In this document: one piece after another, positions 9,856-19,211 of the stretch
How the letters are laid out: the number at the start of each line of letters is the position of its first letter
Position numbering within the stretch: position 1 is the stretch's first letter
From: an uncultured delta proteobacterium
Lineage (GTDB): Bacteria > Desulfobacterota > RBG-13-43-22
Direction: 5' to 3'
DNA length: 64,000 nt
Assembly (NCBI GenBank): GCA_963843145.1
Contig: CAWJJC010000028.1
Coordinates: forward strand, 96,001-160,000
Position numbers and translations under genes: made by a program
Notes under the pieces: generated by a model
The model's input: only the letters and a program-made list of their open reading frames with translations
Databases searched by the model: none
Told to the model about the DNA's origin: nothing

Positions 9856-10442
9856 ATGAATCGTGTTCTTTTCTTAGACCGGGACGGGGTGATTTGCCGG
9901 GATCGGGCGGATTACGTCAAAAGCTGGGAGGAATTCCGGTTTATTCCCGGGGTCAAGGGGGCCTTGCGCGCAACTTGCGGGAGGCCGGAATACCCGTGCT
10001 GATCATCACCAACCAATCGGTGATCAACCGGGGGATCCTCACCCGGGAGGCCTTGGATAGCCTGCACGGCAAGATGATCCGGGAAGTCGCCCGGGCCGGG
10101 GGAGAAATAGCCGGGATCTATTATTGCCCGCACCGTCCGGATGAAGGCTGCGAGTGCCGCAAGCCCGGGACCGCCCTGTTGAAACAGGCCGCCCGGGAGC
10201 GCCGTTTGAATTTAAAAAAATGCGTCTTCGTGGGCGATACCCTGAAGGACCTGGAGGCGGGAAAAGGGGTGGGCTGCCGAACCATATTGGTTCAAACGGG
10301 GCAAGGCCGCGAAACATTGAAGAAGATATTCCAAACGGACCGTCCCGGCAGCAACTTCTTTATTGCCGGGGATTTGTTCCGAAGCGTTGATCTGATCATT
10401 CGATTGATGAATTCTGCCTTCACATACACACCAGGAGAATGA
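9856..10442 (+). CDS. gmhB: D-glycero-D-manno-heptose 1,7-bisphosphate phosphatase (HAD), apparent frameshift ~9970
   Basis: LFLDRDGVI in one frame; ITNQS, YCPHRPDEGCECRKP and VGDTLKDLEAG in the other. Confidence 0.85.
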
Positions 10443-10606
10443 AGCAACTAGTTACCATGGTGAGGGATTGCTTCACTCCGGATCAAGAAATCCGGGGTCG
10501 CAATGACAGGTTTTTGGACTTTTTGCCAACAGTTCAAGAATAAGGGGCTTGATAAAAATTGGAAAATTATTATGAGAAAAGGGTCGGAGGAAAGGGAAGG
10601 GGGGGC

Positions 10607-10645
10607 AAATAAAAAAGTGCCCGGGGAAGATTCCCCGGGCACTTT
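10607..10645 (-). terminator. Intrinsic terminator of pilA
   Basis: AAAGTGCCCGGGGAA-GA-TTCCCCGGGCACTTT with a U-tract on the minus strand. Confidence 0.8.
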
Positions 10646-10656
10646 GGATGGTTTTT

Positions 10657-11067
10657 TTATAAGGGCTTAATTACCCCGCCGACTGGCAACACCGTTCCAT
10701 CGGCGTTGATTTGATACGTATCGGCGGTCGCCTTCGCATTGACGGCCGTGACAATCCCTGCCGCCGTAACCGCGACAGTATCTCCCGGGCTGGCCCTGCT
10801 GGCCGAAGTATAGACTCCATAAGGCGCGCCGTTCGTGCTGGTATCGCCTACCAGGACGCCGCCCGGATTATCGGCGATACAGGCCTGAACCGCGGTGTAG
10901 AGATTCTTGGCATCAGATTTCATTGAGGCGATATAGGCTCTGCTCCGGTACTGGTTATACTGCGGAATGGCAATGGCGGCCAGAATGCCAATGATGGCGA
11001 CTACCACCAAAAGTTCCACCAGGGTAAAACCTTTTTGATTCCTCTTCTTGTTTAATTGCTTGATCAT
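10657..11067 (-). CDS. pilA: Type IVa major pilin
   Basis: KG|FTLVELLVVVAIIGILAAIAIPQY class III signal; SD AAGGAGG. Confidence 0.92.
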   Translation of the reverse strand: MIKQLNKKRNQKGFTLVELLVVVAIIGILAAIAIPQYNQYRSRAYIASMKSDAKNLYTAVQACIADNPGGVLVGDTSTNGAPYGVYTSASRASPGDTVAVTAAGIVTAVNAKATADTYQINADGTVLPVGGVIKPL

Positions 11068-11275
11068 TTTTTGTTCCTCCTTAGAATGGTTTTTTATTGT
11101 TTTATCGGTTTATTTTTTTAAGACTTTAAGGGCTACCAATGCTTACCAATTAAAGTGACCCTGTCCCCAACCCGATGGATCTGAACGCGCTGCCTGTTTC
11201 CCTCACCCCTTTCTATCATTTGGTTTTGCAATTTATCTATTAGGTATTAGACCGTTGCTTGTTGCCTTTCGTAAA

Positions 11276-11292
11276 TGCAAGACCAATACCAA
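11276..11292 (-). promoter_or_regulatory. Sigma-54 (-24/-12) promoter of pilA
   Basis: TTGGTATTGGTCTTGCA fits GG-N10-GC. Confidence 0.7.
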
Positions 11293-11431
11293 CTTGGGCC
11301 GGCAGTCTAAAAAAATAAGATTTGTATTTATATCAATTAGTTAAAATAACGGAAGGATTGGCCCCGGGGGCCGGAAGGGATGAGGACGCAAAAAGTTGAC
11401 GAGGGGCTGCCAATTTTTGGTGGGAAAGAAC

Positions 11432-13372
11432 TTACCAGCTTCCTCCGCCTCCTCCGCCAAAACCGCCGCCGGAGGAACCGCCGCCGAAACCACCTCCGGA
11501 ACCGCTTCCCCGGGGAGCTGAAATCAGGGCCGTGGTCATGGCAGCATTAGCCTGATTGATGGAATGAGAGAAGCTGGAGGTACTAAAGGTATGAAAACCA
11601 TCGGGGGAAGAATACCAGTCAGGGGGCTCCTGGTAGATACCTTTAAAGGCCCGGGCCCAGTTATCCACCACTCCCAGGGCCAGGGCGTAAGGGAGGTAGC
11701 GGGAGAAGAGGTGGGGGTCGGCCATTCGTTCCAGCCGGTCTTTTTCCGCCCGGCTCAAGAATTCCTGGAATCCTAAGGACTCCAGGCGAGTCCGGGCGCC
11801 CAAAATGGTTTTGACCGGCATAAAACGTGAGAAAAAGTAGAGCGGTAGTCCGCTCAGAGAAAAAGCCACAAAGGGTTTCCAAGAGGAATCCCAGGCCGCC
11901 ATCCCGGCCAGACCCAGCCCGATAACGACCAGGCCCGTATAACGATAACGGAGGCGGACCGTTTCCGGGCTTTGCAGGAAATATTTTTTCGCCACCAGAT
12001 CATTGAACAATTGATCCCGGAGAGGTTTCAAATGGGTATAAAATTTATTTTTAAGATCTGAAATCAGAATTTTTGGCCCGGAGGCGAACAGCCGGTCGAG
12101 CAGTTCCCTCTCGAAAGGACTCAGGGAGGAATCCGCCATCTTTAACCGGGACAAATCGTAATCGGTAGTGTCGAAGATCCAGCCCTCTTTTTTTATTTCC
12201 TCGACCTGAATGAACCCTTTGACCGCCAGTCCGATGAGGGAAGCGGTCAGATCGCGGGAGTCCACCTTCTCGTCTACCAGCGCCCCGATCTCCCCGGGAT
12301 TGAGGCTCTGTTCATTCGATTTCGGGGGTTGGTACTGGACCACCAGGGATTCCCGGACTTGGGGGTCACGCCCCCGGACAGCCCAGTGCCGGACCATGAA
12401 CAGGGTCATTAAGATCGGGAAGAAAAAGACCCAGTTCTCCCGAAAATTCAAAACCCAGGAAAACCGGCGCCAGGCGGAGGGCGGCGTCACCATTCCTTTG
12501 TCCCAGCCTAGGACGATGGTCAATCCTTCCCCGATATCGAGATTTTTTTTGGTAAAAAAGGCAGCGCCCCTCTGCAGCGGTTCCTGCCCGCAGACCGCCT
12601 CCCGTGACCCCGGGGGGCCGGTGTAACAGGCGGTACGAAAGGCACCCCCCTTCTTTTGTCCCATAACCAACACATTGGCGGCCGCCTCACGAATCGGGGC
12701 CGGCCATCCGTTTCCGGTTACGTTCCAGTAAAATTCGTCATGGTCCTCGAAATAGAGGAGTACATTCTCCACCCGGTAGGTGATGACGTAAGTTTGCCGC
12801 CCCTCCACGAATCTTTTTGGATCTCCGATCCGGATATGGACCATCGGGCCTTGTTTATCAATCTTATACTCCCAGGGACCCTGACTTTTATTGGTGACGG
12901 AAAGTATCCGGAGCGGCGTTTCCAGTGATTGGCCCTGGTCATCCCGGTAACGGTAGGGAATGTCCCGGTAGATCCCATGGCGGGGACGGTGGAATTCCAC
13001 CTCGATGGTTTCTTTAACATTTACCGAAGAGTCGGCCTCGATGAGTATGTCGGAGAAGAAACGGGTGATGGTAAAATCGGGAGGGCTAAGAGAAGGGGTT
13101 CGTCTTTTTAGCAGCTCGTCGATCCGGGGAAAATCATCCGTCCGTCCTTGCGGCCCGGCGGCAAAAGCGCTGCCGGCCAAAAGGGAAAATAGTAATCCTA
13201 TCCCGAGGAGAAGCATTAAGATAGGCCAATAATTGTTTTTCCCGTCATCCCGGACTGATCCGGATCCAGGACATTTCAGGCTTAATCGACCCTGGATTCC
13301 GGATCTCGCTTCGCTTGTCCGGAATGACGAGCTAATTTTTAAGCTTAAAAACAAATTTCTCGAAATGTTCAT
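11432..13372 (-). CDS. DUF2207 family membrane protein; start uncertain (13372 or ~13216)
   Basis: HGIYRDIP, DEFYWNVTGNGW, YLPYALALG and Gly-rich GGGFGGGGGGSW tail; classic lemA partner. Confidence 0.88.
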   Translation of the reverse strand: MNISRNLFLSLKISSSFRTSEARSGIQGRLSLKCPGSGSVRDDGKNNYWPILMLLLGIGLLFSLLAGSAFAAGPQGRTDDFPRIDELLKRRTPSLSPPDFTITRFFSDILIEADSSVNVKETIEVEFHRPRHGIYRDIPYRYRDDQGQSLETPLRILSVTNKSQGPWEYKIDKQGPMVHIRIGDPKRFVEGRQTYVITYRVENVLLYFEDHDEFYWNVTGNGWPAPIREAAANVLVMGQKKGGAFRTACYTGPPGSREAVCGQEPLQRGAAFFTKKNLDIGEGLTIVLGWDKGMVTPPSAWRRFSWVLNFRENWVFFFPILMTLFMVRHWAVRGRDPQVRESLVVQYQPPKSNEQSLNPGEIGALVDEKVDSRDLTASLIGLAVKGFIQVEEIKKEGWIFDTTDYDLSRLKMADSSLSPFERELLDRLFASGPKILISDLKNKFYTHLKPLRDQLFNDLVAKKYFLQSPETVRLRYRYTGLVVIGLGLAGMAAWDSSWKPFVAFSLSGLPLYFFSRFMPVKTILGARTRLESLGFQEFLSRAEKDRLERMADPHLFSRYLPYALALGVVDNWARAFKGIYQEPPDWYSSPDGFHTFSTSSFSHSINQANAAMTTALISAPRGSGSGGGFGGGSSGGGFGGGGGGSW

Positions 13373-13378
13373 GCTTGG

Positions 13379-13939
13379 TTACGAAAAGCTGACTTTCACC
13401 GGTTGACGTTCCGTTTCCGGCGACTGCAATTCAAAAAAGTCCGATTTTTCAAACTTGAATCCGGAGGCGACGAGGTTGGAAGGAAAAGACTCAATCAGGA
13501 TGTTGTAATCCCGAACGACGGCATTGTAGTAACGCCGGGCATTCTCAATATCGCCTTCCAGGGATTGAAGCTGGGACTGCAACTGGGTAAAATTGGCATT
13601 GGCCTTCAGGTCCGGGTAGGCCTCGGCCAGGGCAAAGAGGGTTTTAAGTGTGGCCTGGAACTGGGTTTCAGCCAAAGCTTTTTCAGCCGGGCCGGCGGTC
13701 TGCATAGCCTGGGAGCGGGCTTCCGTCACTTTTTGAAAGACCGATTTCTCATGGGCGGCGTATCCTTTAACGGTTTCAATCAGGTTCGGCACCAGGTCGT
13801 ACCGTTTTTTTAACTGGACATCCACATCCGACCAGGACGATTGGACGGTGTTTTTGAGCCGGATCAACTTATTGTAGATCACAATTATGGAAAGGACGAT
13901 TAGACCTGAAAGGGCCAGGACCACTACCAGGGATAACAT
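13379..13939 (-). CDS. lemA: LemA family protein
   Basis: YNKLIRLKN..WSDVDVQLKKRYDLVPNL..AYPDLKAN..ARRYYN..FPSNLVA; SD AAGGAGG. Confidence 0.95.
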   Translation of the reverse strand: MLSLVVVLALSGLIVLSIIVIYNKLIRLKNTVQSSWSDVDVQLKKRYDLVPNLIETVKGYAAHEKSVFQKVTEARSQAMQTAGPAEKALAETQFQATLKTLFALAEAYPDLKANANFTQLQSQLQSLEGDIENARRYYNAVVRDYNILIESFPSNLVASGFKFEKSDFFELQSPETERQPVKVSFS

Positions 13940-14157
13940 GGGCACCTCCTTTTCACCGGTATTCGTGAATATACTTCCCAGTTATTTTAATTCTCGTCAA
14001 TCATTTTATCCAACGGCGATTCCAAAATATAGACAATATTTCATTAAAAATCGGAAATATTCCAAAAAATAGAAAAATAGCCCTTCCCGGAATACTCGTC
14101 TGAATCCGCCAATTTGATAAGATACCGATTTAGTTATAATTATTTATTATTGCCCAT

Positions 14158-14174
14158 TTGGCATAGTGATTGCT
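14158..14174 (+). promoter_or_regulatory. Sigma-54 promoter
   Basis: TTGGCATAGTGATTGCT fits TGGCA-N6-TTGC. Confidence 0.75.
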
Positions 14175-14258
14175 TACTGTATGATCAAAACACAAAATGT
14201 TCATAGCGCTTCACGGCTCATGAAATAGTTTAATTTAGAGGAAAGGAGGTGGAAATCT

Positions 14259-14549
14259 ATGAAAAAGTTATTCGCTTTAATGACGGTATTGGCATTTGCT
14301 TTGACTTTCTCGATGGCTGCTTTCGCCGCCGATAAGGCTGCTGAGAAAATGGCTCCGCCCGCCGCCGCTCCCGCTATTGCTGGTGAAAAGACGGCTGCCG
14401 AGCCCAAGGCTGAAGGAGAAATGAAGGCCCCGGCCAAGAAGAAGAAGGCCACTGCCAAAAAGAAGGTTACGAAGAAGGTCAAGAAGGCGGCTGAAAAGCC
14501 TGCTGCCGAGCCTAAGGCTGACGAGAAAGCCCCGGTGGAAAAGAAGTAA
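14259..14549 (+). CDS. Small exported Lys/Ala/Pro-rich low-complexity protein
   Basis: Signal peptide ending AFA; strong SD AAGGAGGT; dedicated promoter and terminator. Confidence 0.8.
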   Translation: MKKLFALMTVLAFALTFSMAAFAADKAAEKMAPPAAAPAIAGEKTAAEPKAEGEMKAPAKKKKATAKKKVTKKVKKAAEKPAAEPKADEKAPVEKK

Positions 14550-14568
14550 TTCCTTTCCTCAGGTATTT

Positions 14569-14610
14569 AATAAAAAAGGGTGGATATTTATGTATCCACC
14601 CTTTTTTATT
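14569..14610 (+). terminator. Bidirectional intrinsic terminator
   Basis: AATAAAAAAGGGTGGATA-TTTATG-TATCCACCCTTTTTTATT. Confidence 0.85.
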
Positions 14611-14648
14611 ATTAACGGTCTCTTAATTGTATTTACAGGTAATTTCAC

Positions 14649-14850
14649 GTCATCCCCGAATGTCTTTATCGGGGATCCAGTGTTCCCTGAGAAAAGCCTG
14701 GATTCCCGCTCAGAAGCGCTGCGGGACGCGCTACTATGATTTGGAATGGGTTTGTTCCTCGGTCTGGACGGCGGGGTCGCCGACCCTACGAAAGACTCGA
14801 CCCTCTGACCCCTGGCGAGATTCTTCGTCCCTTCGCTCCTCGGAATGGCC
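14649..14850. repeat. Cluster of CGTC and GTAG REP remnants
   Basis: CGTCATCCCCGAATG..GGGGATCCAG/CTGGATTCCC; GGCGGGGTCGCCGACCCTAC; GAGATTCTTCGTCCCTTCGCTCCTCGGAATG. Confidence 0.6.
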
Positions 14851-15141
14851 TGTTGATCGGGCCTGCGGTTTTACCTTGACATCTACTCAAGCTTGTTGTA
14901 TTTTAGAAAATTAATAAATCAGTTCTTGCCTAAAGCTCCGGAAGCCTAACCCGTCAGCCTTTAGCCTTTGGCGCACTTCGCAAGACCAAGTGGAACAGCA
15001 GAGCCTGAACGGCGGCTTCACCGGCAATCCCTCCGTTTTTCTTTTTTAAAGTCCCACGACTTCCAAATGAACCAGCCGGATTAATCCCTCGGGCCGGACC
15101 TGCCTGTTCAGGTCAAGATTGCCCGTGGAAAAAGGAGAATT

Positions 15142-16416
15142 ATGTCATTTACAGCTTTTGAACTTAATCCTAACCTATTGAAAGCCGTTGCGAAAAAAGG
15201 ATTCGAGCAGCCTACCCCGATCCAGCGGCTGGCCATCCCCCCACTGCTCCAAGGCCGGGATATCATGGCTACGGCGGTGACCGGAAGCGGCAAAACCGCC
15301 GCCTTCCTGCTCCCCATCCTCCACCAACTGATCGGGCAGCCCCGGGGGAAAACCAGGGTTTTGGTCCTGGTCCCCACTCGGGAACTGGCCGTGCAGATAA
15401 CGGATCACCTGCAGGACCTGGCCCGCTATACTTCGCTTAAGGCCATGGCGGTTTACGGGGGTGTCTCTCCCGTTCCGCAGGTACAAGCTTTTCGCCGGAA
15501 GGTGGATGCCATTATCGCCACCCCCGGCCGGCTCCTGGACCATATGCGGAGTGACTACGCCCGCCTTGACGGTATTACCCATCTGGTGCTGGACGAGGCG
15601 GACCGGATGCTCGATATGGGCTTTCTGCCCGATATTCGGCGTATCCTCGCAGGCCTCCCGGTAAAGAGGCAGACCCTTTTCTTTTCAGCCACCCTGCCGC
15701 CACCTATAGTAACCCTGGCCCGGGAGATGCTGAAGGATCCGGTTTCTCTAAACATCACCCCGAAACCCATGTCGGCGGCCGGGATTACCCAAGTGGCCTA
15801 CACTATACCTCAGGAAATGAAATCGAACCTCCTGCTGGCCCTCCTGAAGCAGGACCAGCCGAAGAGCGTCCTGGCCTTTACCCGGACCAAGCACCGGGCC
15901 AATCGTCTGGCCGACTTCCTGGAAAAAAAAGGAGTACGTTGCGGCCGGATTCACGGCAACCGTAGCCAGGGTCAACGGACCGAAGCCCTGGCCGGCTTCA
16001 AGGCGGGCCGCTTCCAGGTCCTGGTGGCCACGGACATCGCGGCCCGGGGCATTGACGTGGAAGCCATCGGGCTGGTCTGCAACTTTGACGTGCCGGGACA
16101 GGCGGAAGACTATGTGCATCGGGTCGGCCGGACCGGGCGGGCCAACGCCACCGGCGATGCCTGCACCCTCGTTGCGCCGGACGAAGAGAGAATGTTCCGG
16201 TCCATCGAGCAGATCCTTGGCCGGCGTTTGCCTCGCAAAACGGTCCCGGGATTCGATTATGAGAAAAGAATCGCCCACAAAACAGTCCCGAGTTTCGAGT
16301 ATGAAAAGAAATCTTTCGGAAGGAAGCCCGGTTTTATGGGTAAGGGGACCAATAAATTCGAAATAAGAAACACGAAATCGACTCGGCCGAGCCTTTCGGT
16401 AAACTCAAGGCCCTGA
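15142..16416 (+). CDS. rhlE: DEAD-box RNA helicase (RhlE-like)
   Basis: Q motif, TGSGKT, PTRELA, TPGRL, DEAD, SAT, ARGID, HRVGRTGRA. Confidence 0.92.
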   Translation: MSFTAFELNPNLLKAVAKKGFEQPTPIQRLAIPPLLQGRDIMATAVTGSGKTAAFLLPILHQLIGQPRGKTRVLVLVPTRELAVQITDHLQDLARYTSLKAMAVYGGVSPVPQVQAFRRKVDAIIATPGRLLDHMRSDYARLDGITHLVLDEADRMLDMGFLPDIRRILAGLPVKRQTLFFSATLPPPIVTLAREMLKDPVSLNITPKPMSAAGITQVAYTIPQEMKSNLLLALLKQDQPKSVLAFTRTKHRANRLADFLEKKGVRCGRIHGNRSQGQRTEALAGFKAGRFQVLVATDIAARGIDVEAIGLVCNFDVPGQAEDYVHRVGRTGRANATGDACTLVAPDEERMFRSIEQILGRRLPRKTVPGFDYEKRIAHKTVPSFEYEKKSFGRKPGFMGKGTNKFEIRNTKSTRPSLSVNSRP

Positions 16417-16575
16417 GCGACTCGACTGAGCCTTTCGGCTAGCTCAAGGCCCTGAGTCAATCGAAGGGCTCGCCGAAGTCTTGTCGAAGGGCTCGTCGCA
16501 GGCCTAAACAAGAACGTTTGGATTTTGAAATTTGACCAGTTAAGTTTGTTCCCCGGCCCAGATTTGGGGATTTAA
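16348..16575. repeat. Heptamer element interrupted by tandem CTTCG/CTCAG palindromes, overlapping the helicase 3' end
   Basis: AAATTCGAAATAAGAAACACGAAATC..; GGCCCTGAGTCAATCGAAGGGCTCGCCGAAGT is the reverse complement of the 8083 insert. Confidence 0.7.
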
Positions 16576-16587
16576 GACAGCTAGAAG

Positions 16588-16636
16588 AAAGGCCAGGGTT
16601 CCCGGGCCGAAGGTGCGCCAATGAACCCTGGCCTTT
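16588..16636. terminator. Hairpin between convergent genes
   Basis: AAAGGCCAGGGTTC...GAACCCTGGCCTTT. Confidence 0.55.
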
Positions 16637-16641
16637 TGCTA

Positions 16642-18966
16642 TCAGACCCCCGGGGCAAGGGTTATGGATACTTCCCCCTGGAGACCGTCCCGAGTGGCTG
16701 GGCAACTCCACCCTTTCGCTTTTTCCAGAATGCATTTTCTGGTACCGGCGTCGATCTTGGAGACAAAATCTACCGCCCTTACGGTTCCATCCGCGTTAAT
16801 GGTCAGCTTTATCATTAATCTTTCCGGGTGGGAACCGTTCGGGAAGCAGCTTTTTATTTCACGAATTTGCTTCCCCATGGTCCGAAGGACCTCCTCTTTG
16901 GCCAAATTTCCGGACACCTTGACTTCTTCCATCATAAATCCGTTTTTCTGATCCTTTTCTTCGTTTTTCAATAAAGCCCTTTTCAAAGGGGACGAGTCGG
17001 CGGACTCGGCCGGAGCGAATTGGGCGGATGGCCTGATAGGCGCAAATCCAGCCACTTTTCCATTCCCGCCCAGGGCATAGTCGGAAACCCCTTGGGGCAG
17101 GGGCAGGGGTTGTTTGACCGTAGAGGAAGTCTCGCCCTGGTTTCGGATTTGCGTATCCACGGCTACAAAAGAAGTATAGGCGGTTAAAAGGTTATAGGTG
17201 AGGCCGAGTTCGGTTATCTCCCGGATGCGACGGTCGTCGGACCGAAGCTGGTTAAAGTCCGACAAGATCGTTATTCGCTGTCGGGCCCAGAGGTAGCGCA
17301 GCGCCCGGTTGGTTGGCAGCGGAGTGATTCCTTTCACCTCGATGACCTCCCGAAAGGGACCCTCTCCCGAAAGGCCGGTTAAGGTAATCTTTCCCCGAGG
17401 CTGTCCGCGCCATTTGCCAAAAAGGATGATGGGGCGTTCGGCAAAAAGGTCGGGGACCCCGGCGGGTTCAACTTCGGCCACTGAAAATCCGTTGAAGTCG
17501 ACCTTGATCCGGGTCAGCAGCGGCGATTGGATCATTTCCCGAAACCGTTCAGCCCGGGAGGCGGCTTCTTCCGGGCGGGTGAGAATAAAGGGTTCTCCCA
17601 GCCCCACATGGGCCAGGCCTTCAATGAGGTGACGGTTGACGCTGCTGCCGATTCCAAAGGCAAAGAGGTTGGCCTGTCCGATATTTTTCCGGATAAGATC
17701 AAAGACTTCTTCTTCCACGGTGACATAGCCGTCGGTGGCGATTACCAGGGTTCGCGAATAGCCCTCAGGCTTTTCCAGGGAGAGGGCCCGCTTGAGGGCC
17801 GGCAGGAGCTCCGTGCCGCCGCCCCCCTGCTGGCGGTCGATGAGCCGGATCGCCCGGTCGATATTTTCCTGGCAGGCCGGGAGGGACTGTTCAGCCAACA
17901 GCGAGGACCCGCCGGAGAAGAGCAGGACATTAAAACGGTCCGTCGGACGCAGCCGGCCGATCAGATTTTTCAGCAACGTCTTGGAGATCTCCAGGGGAAA
18001 GCCGTGCATGGACCCGGAGACATCGACGATAAAAATATACTCCCGTCCAGGTATCTGTTCCTGGACCACCCGTTTGGGAGGCTGCATCATCAGCAGGAAA
18101 AAGTTTTCTTTCTCCCCTTCAGCGAGCAGCAGGCCGGATTGGATCCGCCCTCCGGCCAAACGGTAGCGCAGGATAAAATCCCGATCCCCGCCCCGGGTCT
18201 CGGAGCGATCCAAAGCCACTTTGGCCAGGGTAGGGTTGGGGAAATGGGTCTCCACCTTATGGGAAGGGCAAGACAGATCTGCGATGGGCATGCCGGCCGC
18301 CAGGTTGACGGAGAGATCAAAAGCATAAGGTGGATTTTCGCCCTGGTGAAGATAAGGGTTTTTCACCCAATGCTCCGAGGCCGGGGCCTTCTCGGTCGGC
18401 CGATTGGAATAACGCGGCCCGACCACCGTGGGATACACGAATTCATAAACCCGGTCCGTCGGCACCAATAATTCCGTATAGCTCAATTCCACCTGGATGG
18501 CTTCCCCCGGCAGGATATTGGCCACATTCATCTGAAAGACATTGGGCCGTTGCTGCTCAAGAAGAGAGGCCGTTTTCCCCTGCTCCCGGGCCTGTTCATA
18601 GGTCCGCCGGGCCTCCGCTCTTTTTTGGATCCGGGCCTCGATGACCCGTTTCCCGATGGTCATTTTCAGACCATAGACCGCCGCCCGAGTGGAGGCCGGA
18701 AAGATATAGATTGCTTCCAGGGGTTTTCGGCCTTCATTTTTATAGATTTGGGTGACCAGGACATCCGCCATGACCCCGGAGATGTTCACCTTAGCCGAAG
18801 TGGATTTCAGCGGCAATCGATCTACCTGCGGGTTGTCGCTTTTGATGAAGAAAAAGGGAGAGAGCGTCCGGTCCTCGTGTTCTCCGGGATCGGGGAAGGC
18901 GTTGCCTGAATAGAGAGATGTTAAAAGCAAGGTCAAAAACGCCAGAATTCGTGTGAAGCCTTTCAT
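16642..18966 (-). CDS. Exported VIT + von Willebrand A domain protein with TonB-C/AgmX-like C-terminal domain
   Basis: Signal peptide; VIT domain (LEAIYIFP..ASLLEQQRPNVFQMNVANI); MIDAS DVSGSM, GGGTEL, TDG; YTSFVAVD; C-terminal IKSCF...KCILEKAKGWSCP. Confidence 0.88.
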   Translation of the reverse strand: MKGFTRILAFLTLLLTSLYSGNAFPDPGEHEDRTLSPFFFIKSDNPQVDRLPLKSTSAKVNISGVMADVLVTQIYKNEGRKPLEAIYIFPASTRAAVYGLKMTIGKRVIEARIQKRAEARRTYEQAREQGKTASLLEQQRPNVFQMNVANILPGEAIQVELSYTELLVPTDRVYEFVYPTVVGPRYSNRPTEKAPASEHWVKNPYLHQGENPPYAFDLSVNLAAGMPIADLSCPSHKVETHFPNPTLAKVALDRSETRGGDRDFILRYRLAGGRIQSGLLLAEGEKENFFLLMMQPPKRVVQEQIPGREYIFIVDVSGSMHGFPLEISKTLLKNLIGRLRPTDRFNVLLFSGGSSLLAEQSLPACQENIDRAIRLIDRQQGGGGTELLPALKRALSLEKPEGYSRTLVIATDGYVTVEEEVFDLIRKNIGQANLFAFGIGSSVNRHLIEGLAHVGLGEPFILTRPEEAASRAERFREMIQSPLLTRIKVDFNGFSVAEVEPAGVPDLFAERPIILFGKWRGQPRGKITLTGLSGEGPFREVIEVKGITPLPTNRALRYLWARQRITILSDFNQLRSDDRRIREITELGLTYNLLTAYTSFVAVDTQIRNQGETSSTVKQPLPLPQGVSDYALGGNGKVAGFAPIRPSAQFAPAESADSSPLKRALLKNEEKDQKNGFMMEEVKVSGNLAKEEVLRTMGKQIREIKSCFPNGSHPERLMIKLTINADGTVRAVDFVSKIDAGTRKCILEKAKGWSCPATRDGLQGEVSITLAPGV

Positions 18967-19047
18967 CGGGAACCTCCTTAAACCTTGGAAATGAACTTCT
19001 TTCCTGGTTTAGAGCAGGGAGGTCTCCAAAAAGTTCCCGGAAATATT

Positions 19048-19113
19048 TTTGATGGTTTCGTAAAAAGTCCCTGGCGCTGTCATTGCGAGGAGTGAAGCGA
19101 CGAAGCAATCCCC
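19048..19113. repeat. Left half of a TIR element plus CGTC-type REP
   Basis: TTGATGGTTTCGTAAAAAGTC..GTCATTGCGAGGAGTGAAGCGACGAAGCAATCC. Confidence 0.65.
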
Positions 19114-19211
19114 AAAGCAGCAAAAGCTTTTTCCGGCCGTTGGTCCTGGGATCAATGGGGGAATCCTGGTCACACCCGGGAGATAAGTTATCCTCTAACC
19201 GACTGACCCGC

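Noticed and set aside
10657-11067. Conductive e-pilin
   Set aside because: Only 8 aromatic residues in 123 mature aa, and positions 50/51 are Cys/Ile rather than aromatic
14900-15141. Riboswitch in the long helicase leader
   Set aside because: No recognisable riboswitch consensus by eye; an Rfam scan would be needed
17527-18471. Long antisense or alternate-frame ORFs (also 6024-6755, 57519-58472, 60534-61184)
   Set aside because: They overlap well-supported genes in GC-rich coding DNA and show no recognisable motifs
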